Below the pieces are notes generated by a model. The model was not told the origin of the DNA and did no database searches. It saw only the letters and a list, made by a program, of their open reading frames with translations. The translations under genes and the position numbers were made by a program. Shown here one piece after another: positions 60,101-64,000 of a DNA stretch of 64,000 nt; position 1 is the first letter of the stretch; the number at the start of each line of letters is the position of its first letter. The stretch is taken from assembly GCA_040376695.1 (NCBI GenBank), contig JBEIQD010000003.1, positions 1,789 to 65,788 on the forward strand, in the 5' to 3' direction. The DNA is from Candidatus Nomurabacteria bacterium. GTDB lineage: Bacteria; Patescibacteriota; Minisyncoccia; Phycocordibacterales; UBA5272.

Positions 60101-60622
60101 TTCGACAAGTTCATCCAACTTAATCCCGTAACATATAACTGGATTGGAGAAACGTCTACTTCTTCAACCTCAACTCATGCAGGTTTCATAGCTCAACAAG
60201 TAGAAACTCTGTTCCCAGATCTTGTTGCAACGGACGAACAGGGAATGAAGTCTGTTTCATACACTGGGTTTATTCCGTATATTGTTGAATCTATAAAGAG
60301 TCTTGCTAGAGATGTGAAGGCTCTTACCTTAAAAGTTGCATCATTTGCGAATCTAGTAGAAACAGATAAAGTTAAAAGTAAAAGTATTTGTCTTGAAAAC
60401 AATGGAGCGGAGACATGTATTAGTAAAGAAAAACTAGATGCTATTCTCCTCCTTTTAGGAGAAACAGCTGCAAATCAAGATCAAAACATCACACCTCCAG
60501 ACACATCAACCACTACGCCAGATATTGCAACTTCAACCGATCCAGTAGCGTCTTCAACTCCAGAAATAACACCCACCGAAGAAATTGAAGGGGGCACTAA
60601 CTCAGAAACAGAAACAAACTAA
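57110..60622 (+). CDS. secreted fibre-like surface protein with Gly-rich region, C1q-like module and two peptidase-S74 (intramolecular chaperone) motifs
   Basis: Signal peptide; GNVGIGT repeats; SDRRLKENI (about 59570) and SDERLKKNI (about 60050), each followed by GFIAQ. Confidence 0.8.
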   Translation: MLSGHFSMFYKLFSLHKRAVMISLCAVVLFSPTLTFAANPASPFSPSDNVVDPNCLPTDSNCYVSMTSMTFVNATSTRLFATNASSTNFFSTLINAVTALFTNLTTTGTTTLATTGGRVGVGTTTPNHTLDVQGNIGLASSGYINFGSVDSTSGYGFRDNAGAIEYKNSNGGWTSFASAGAGGGQLLAVYSTSTVGTNITVNFNGSANSSPSYSGGVLTLPSNASHIVVETWGAGGGGGGSNGGATGGTGGASCFGTNATACTSPIISATGGTGGTSQGGGSVAGTGTGGDINLTGGTSAGLTTVGGGSINYSAGGAGGSAPLGGGGGGSTYTSSGATGARYGGGGGGGGIYGSTSSCTAGGGGAGGGYARKLVTNPSGTYYYTIGAGGAGTVAGSACGVGSQYGGGDGGSGGITISIYTSGVSNGSIGSGLTGYIPYYGSTGTNLSATSSIFLSTTGNVGIGTSTPLSKLSVQGDFFLEGSNRYLNFGNATGTPGYGFRDNAGVLEFKNASGSWTSFSTSTALGSAGPSFSVNKGGTSQTVPGGNTTLLTWSTEVFDTNNNFASNRFTPTVAGKYIFNLNVRCNGTGCYAHIYQNGIQVSQTGTGTGGSDTEIVSTSILLDMNGTTDYVEAYGYNTSTTISGNASQTFFTGALIAPVNATAGGWQNDSTSSFLADSTDFVGIGTSSPTAKLSIQGTAGFNPFMVASSTGASLFSILQNGNIGIGTSTPSSKLDIWGNLTVGTSSTPLIFANTATGNVGIGTANPEYKLTVVAPASNWGIAINPDNPSSGKQYGLLARGTLYSGYFNGPGFIDQSAWTYGSDRRLKENISYFENGLDTIMRLKPAAYDYISGTKSNLGFIAQDVQEVIPEAVTITDPTTGMLGLKTDFIIPYLVNAVQNMNSVFNASNALNASSTIFSYYQGTTTPAITVGATGNVAIATSSSPYTLTVGNSLISGVIARFQNATGYCDINPTTTSLTCSSDERLKKNILSLDATSTFDKFIQLNPVTYNWIGETSTSSTSTHAGFIAQQVETLFPDLVATDEQGMKSVSYTGFIPYIVESIKSLARDVKALTLKVASFANLVETDKVKSKSICLENNGAETCISKEKLDAILLLLGETAANQDQNITPPDTSTTTPDIATSTDPVASSTPEITPTEEIEGGTNSETETN

Positions 60623-60625
60623 TTC

Positions 60626-61684
60626 GTGAAATCTTTATCTTTTCGAAAAATAATAGGAACTATCGGACTTGTTGCATGTTCCACAATTTCTTTTGCCGTG
60701 GCATCTGAAACTTCAGGAGCAATACTTTCAGGTTCGCAGTACACAAAGGTGTGTCATGACAGTGCATGTTCAACGTATGGAACGTTAAATTTTTTACCAA
60801 CAGTTACTGCAACAACTACTGCTATCAGAATCACTGATACTGCTATTACAGGATATGTGTGGGGAAATGAAACTGGATGGATTAATTTTGCGCCAACTGG
60901 GGCAGGGGTCACGGTGGATGCAGCAACGGGACTTGTGTACGGAACAGCTTGGTCTCAAGCAGGAGGATGGATTAATTTTCGCCCATCTAATTCTGGAACT
61001 ATCGTAAGCGGCATACCTATCGGTGTTTCCATTACACCTGCGGGAGAGTTCTATGGGTATGCATGGCTAGGCGGAGTATACGGTGGATGGATTAAATTTG
61101 ATTGTTCTTCGGCGGATACATGTGTGAAAACGGATTATAGAACTACTTCGTACAGATCTGCTACCTACGTGTACCTTGCCCCTTCCTATTTTACTCCTAC
61201 TGAAAATACTCCAGTAAAGGAAGAGGTTCCTACGCCTGTAACGATAGGCACATCTTCTCCTAGTACTGAAGTTGTTCCTGTTGAGGAAACCTCAACCTCT
61301 GTTCCTCTACCTGTAGTTATACCTTCAACTCCAGAAATTATTGATACTCCAACAGAACCAAGTTCAGTTGAACCTGTTTTCATGGGCGGTGGCAGCATAT
61401 TTTCCTCATGGGGTGGTGTAAGGGAAATTATGAGACCATCGTTCCTTGGATTTTTTGAAACACCAACACCGCTTTCTTTAGGTCTTAGTGTGAGCGCAGA
61501 ATCTTTGGGGTCTACAATTAGATCTGCGTTCCAGAATTTTAAATTAGAATTTAAGGTAATCTCGCTAGACAATATTTTCAATAAGGATAAAGACAGTAGT
61601 GAAATATATAATTTCAAAACTCACAATATTTGGCCAACAGTTAAATCGGCACTTGTGAGCGTCATTAATCTTTTTAAGAACTAG
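60626..61684 (+). CDS. secreted protein with three GxAW...GWIxF repeats and Pro/Thr linker
   Basis: GYVWGNETGWINF, GTAWSQAGGWINF and GYAWLGGVYGGWIKF. Confidence 0.75.
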   Translation: MKSLSFRKIIGTIGLVACSTISFAVASETSGAILSGSQYTKVCHDSACSTYGTLNFLPTVTATTTAIRITDTAITGYVWGNETGWINFAPTGAGVTVDAATGLVYGTAWSQAGGWINFRPSNSGTIVSGIPIGVSITPAGEFYGYAWLGGVYGGWIKFDCSSADTCVKTDYRTTSYRSATYVYLAPSYFTPTENTPVKEEVPTPVTIGTSSPSTEVVPVEETSTSVPLPVVIPSTPEIIDTPTEPSSVEPVFMGGGSIFSSWGGVREIMRPSFLGFFETPTPLSLGLSVSAESLGSTIRSAFQNFKLEFKVISLDNIFNKDKDSSEIYNFKTHNIWPTVKSALVSVINLFKN

Positions 61685-61759
61685 TTATATTGTAAGAGAG
61701 GAGTTTGAGGTGTAGTATGTTTGCAGTACGTTCAATAGTAAGAAAAGAAAGGAAACCGC

Positions 61760-62014
61760 ATGTTTTCGAAAAACCAGCTTGCAAAAGCTCTCGAGTCTGC
61801 ACTTAAAGACGGTTTCGTTAAGCCGGCAGTAGATGTGCAGGAAGCCTTTCAGAGAATTCAAGAAAAATTAGATGCCACACTCTCCCAAAGTAAGGTGTCT
61901 GAACTTCAGCGGACACGACAAACCCCATCTGTAGGACTTTCATTTTCGGCCTCCGTCAGGTACCCTTCCTTCGAAAGTTCATATAAATCTGTTTCAGGTT
62001 GGCCGCGCCGGTGA
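61760..62014 (+). CDS. orphan 84-aa protein
   Basis: TTGTAA-17-TAGTAT promoter, SD GAAAGGA, TGA stop, terminator at 62035-62066. Confidence 0.65.
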   Translation: MFSKNQLAKALESALKDGFVKPAVDVQEAFQRIQEKLDATLSQSKVSELQRTRQTPSVGLSFSASVRYPSFESSYKSVSGWPRR

Positions 62015-62115
62015 AGCTTTCAATAAAACCGAGCAAAAAGACCCTTTAAAAAGGTCTTTTCTTTTTGTAGGCGTAGCCCTTGACATAAATGGTAAAGTAA
62101 TGTAGGATTGGGCAC

Positions 62116-63468
62116 ATGAAAACAGGAATTATAACAATTGCAAAAAAGAGCCTTTTGGCACTAGGTTTTTTCGGAATCCTAGCAAACACAGCGCATGCAG
62201 CGTATTTTGATACTACGCCCGCGTACCGTTGTGATATTCAAATTACTCGTACATTACAGGTTGGTTCTGAAGGAGTTGAAGTTACAGTACTTCAAAATTT
62301 CCTTAATCGAACAGGGGATTTAACAGCAACACCTAATGGATATTTTGGCTCAGCTACTCGTGCTGCAGTTCGAAGTTTCCAGTCAGATAATGGTTTGTAT
62401 ACAACCGGAACAGTAGGAGAAGCTACACGTAACGCTATTAATGAGCGTATGTGCGATACAAATCTCCAGACATCATCATATTCAGATTCATACTATGGAT
62501 ACTCGTCTGGTGTGACATATGTTGATCCATACGATGCGTTCGTACAGGTGATTACTCCACATGTAACAACTCCAATTGTATACACAAATCCACAGCAAAC
62601 TATTCAGACTTCTAACTATTCTGCATACAACTCAAATGTTTCTTATCCTGTAAATAATTCTACTCCTATCATTCCAGCAGCAAGTACAGCCATCGCAAGT
62701 ACTAATGTTATCTACTCACCATACATTGGATATACATACGGTATTACTCCAGTTACTGGATCTCTTACGATTTCAACACCAGTTGCAAACAGTGTATATA
62801 ACGAAGGAGATACTGTGCAGCTTGCTTGGGTTACAAGTAACATCAATGCTTCTGCATACTCAATCGTTCTTGAAAATTCTTCAACAGGACAATCAAAGGT
62901 TGTTACCACAACAAGTGGAACTAACGCCTCATTTGTTCTTACAAAGGAAGTGCTTGATGCGGTATGTGCAGGCGCGTGTGATAACAATAACCAGGGAACA
63001 TTCCGTATTGTGATTACAACTCCAATTCGTGATATCTCAGGAACAGTTTCAACATTCCGTGCTGCTGTTGCTCCGGTTACTATCAAGCGTCCATATGCAA
63101 ACTTTGGAACAGTAAGTATTACAACAAGTAAGAATCCTGTTACTTCAGGAGATATCTTCAAGCTCTACGTTAATATTCCAACAGGAGCATCATGGGATAC
63201 AGGTCTTTACGGACAGTACTCATTTAAGATTCGTGCAATTTGTCCAGCTGGTGTTACAGCAAGTATCGCTGGAACTCAGTGTGGAAACGACTTTGTAATT
63301 CCATTTGCGCCAACGTATTTCCAGTCAGAAATACCAGCATCTGTTACAAATACATCATGGTACCAGCAGAATGTAACATTTGTTCTTACAGTAACTAACC
63401 TTGCTGGACAGACAATTGGAACTTCTCAGGTAAACGTAACTGCAAGTCAGGCACCATTCCACTGGTAA
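62116..63468 (+). CDS. secreted peptidoglycan-binding-domain protein with beta-rich C-terminal domains
   Basis: LQVGSEGVEVTVLQNFL...GYFGSATRAAVRSFQ...TGTVGEATR (PG_binding_1 pattern). Confidence 0.82.
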   Translation: MKTGIITIAKKSLLALGFFGILANTAHAAYFDTTPAYRCDIQITRTLQVGSEGVEVTVLQNFLNRTGDLTATPNGYFGSATRAAVRSFQSDNGLYTTGTVGEATRNAINERMCDTNLQTSSYSDSYYGYSSGVTYVDPYDAFVQVITPHVTTPIVYTNPQQTIQTSNYSAYNSNVSYPVNNSTPIIPAASTAIASTNVIYSPYIGYTYGITPVTGSLTISTPVANSVYNEGDTVQLAWVTSNINASAYSIVLENSSTGQSKVVTTTSGTNASFVLTKEVLDAVCAGACDNNNQGTFRIVITTPIRDISGTVSTFRAAVAPVTIKRPYANFGTVSITTSKNPVTSGDIFKLYVNIPTGASWDTGLYGQYSFKIRAICPAGVTASIAGTQCGNDFVIPFAPTYFQSEIPASVTNTSWYQQNVTFVLTVTNLAGQTIGTSQVNVTASQAPFHW

Positions 63469-63478
63469 TTGATACAGC

Positions 63479-63513
63479 AAAATAAAAGCCGCACATATGT
63501 GCGGCTTTTATTT
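63479..63513. terminator. bidirectional terminator
   Basis: aaaataaaagccgcaca-ta-tgtgcggcttttatttt. Confidence 0.85.
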
Positions 63514-63522
63514 TGTTTATGA

Positions 63523-63930
63523 TTAGGCAATTGCGTTCTGAACTAGAAACATAACAACAGTAACCACGGCTACAAGGAATGTTCCCCACAATGTATCAAC
63601 AATAGTTAACGACCACGGATAGTCTCGCAATGTCGCAAGATTAGTGAAATCATAAAATGCGTACATGAAAAATCCCAGGAGACCTCCGTAGAGAGCTGCT
63701 TCTTGAACACTAGTAACGCGCGATAAAACAAATGTCCAAATACCGAGCACTGCCACAATGTATACAAGGGGTATGGCCGGAAGGTAAGGGGCGAGTGCTC
63801 CATCTTTAAGGGTTATGTGGCTTGCAAGACTATTCAAATAAAAATTCTTTGCAAGATGAGCAAGCCAAATATAATCTAAAATTATAAATGTAATAAAACC
63901 AGATACGGATGCAAGTATGATTGATAGCAT
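63523..63930 (-). CDS. DUF2177-family membrane protein
   Basis: LDYIWL, YDFTNLATLRDYP and VDTLWG motifs. Confidence 0.85.
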   Translation of the reverse strand: MLSIILASVSGFITFIILDYIWLAHLAKNFYLNSLASHITLKDGALAPYLPAIPLVYIVAVLGIWTFVLSRVTSVQEAALYGGLLGFFMYAFYDFTNLATLRDYPWSLTIVDTLWGTFLVAVVTVVMFLVQNAIA

Positions 63931-64000
63931 ATAAAAAGTGTAGCATGACCTTGTTTTAAGCTCTATTTTGTGGTAGTATTGCAAAACCGTTCGTAATCCG

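Noticed and set aside
57110-60622. Prophage tail gene
   Set aside because: It has a signal peptide and there are no capsid, terminase or other phage genes in the window.
1-64000. UGA recoding (genetic code 25)
   Set aside because: All conserved genes are full length in code 11, with no in-frame TGA.

Overview
Core-genome window of a Patescibacteria (CPR) bacterium, most likely Parcubacteria. This is inferred from the PrgI/VirB4/VirB6-like secretion cluster, split comEC plus comM, GYAW-repeat and S74-chaperone surface proteins, FKBP-less trigger factor, and SD-less/leaderless gene starts. It holds about 70 CDS, 4 tRNAs, the str/S10/partial spc ribosomal cluster, a cluster of about 11 parS-like sites and DnaA boxes at 35.4-37.7 kb (probable origin region, no dnaA in the window). 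Main result: two separable gene classes. The 65 'native' genes with a visible stop show essentially no Shine-Dalgarno (many are leaderless) and none ends in TGA. Five solitary genes (a Betaproteobacteria-type hfq at about 55% GC, a 2H phosphoesterase, a membrane protein, an unannotated 46-aa ORF and an 84-aa ORF) each have their own promoter, a shared boxA-like leader motif, a strong SD and a terminator, and three end in TGA. An unannotated structured RNA candidate (30368-30640) carries similar boxA-like motifs and shows an anti-SD loop. Together these suggest, as inference only, a set of transcripts written for the host's translation machinery. Also seen: an unknown TGTCYTT/AARGACA operator-like motif around the origin, loss of L29 from its operon position, and a probable ATC start codon. 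All family calls come from motif recognition by eye; no database was searched.
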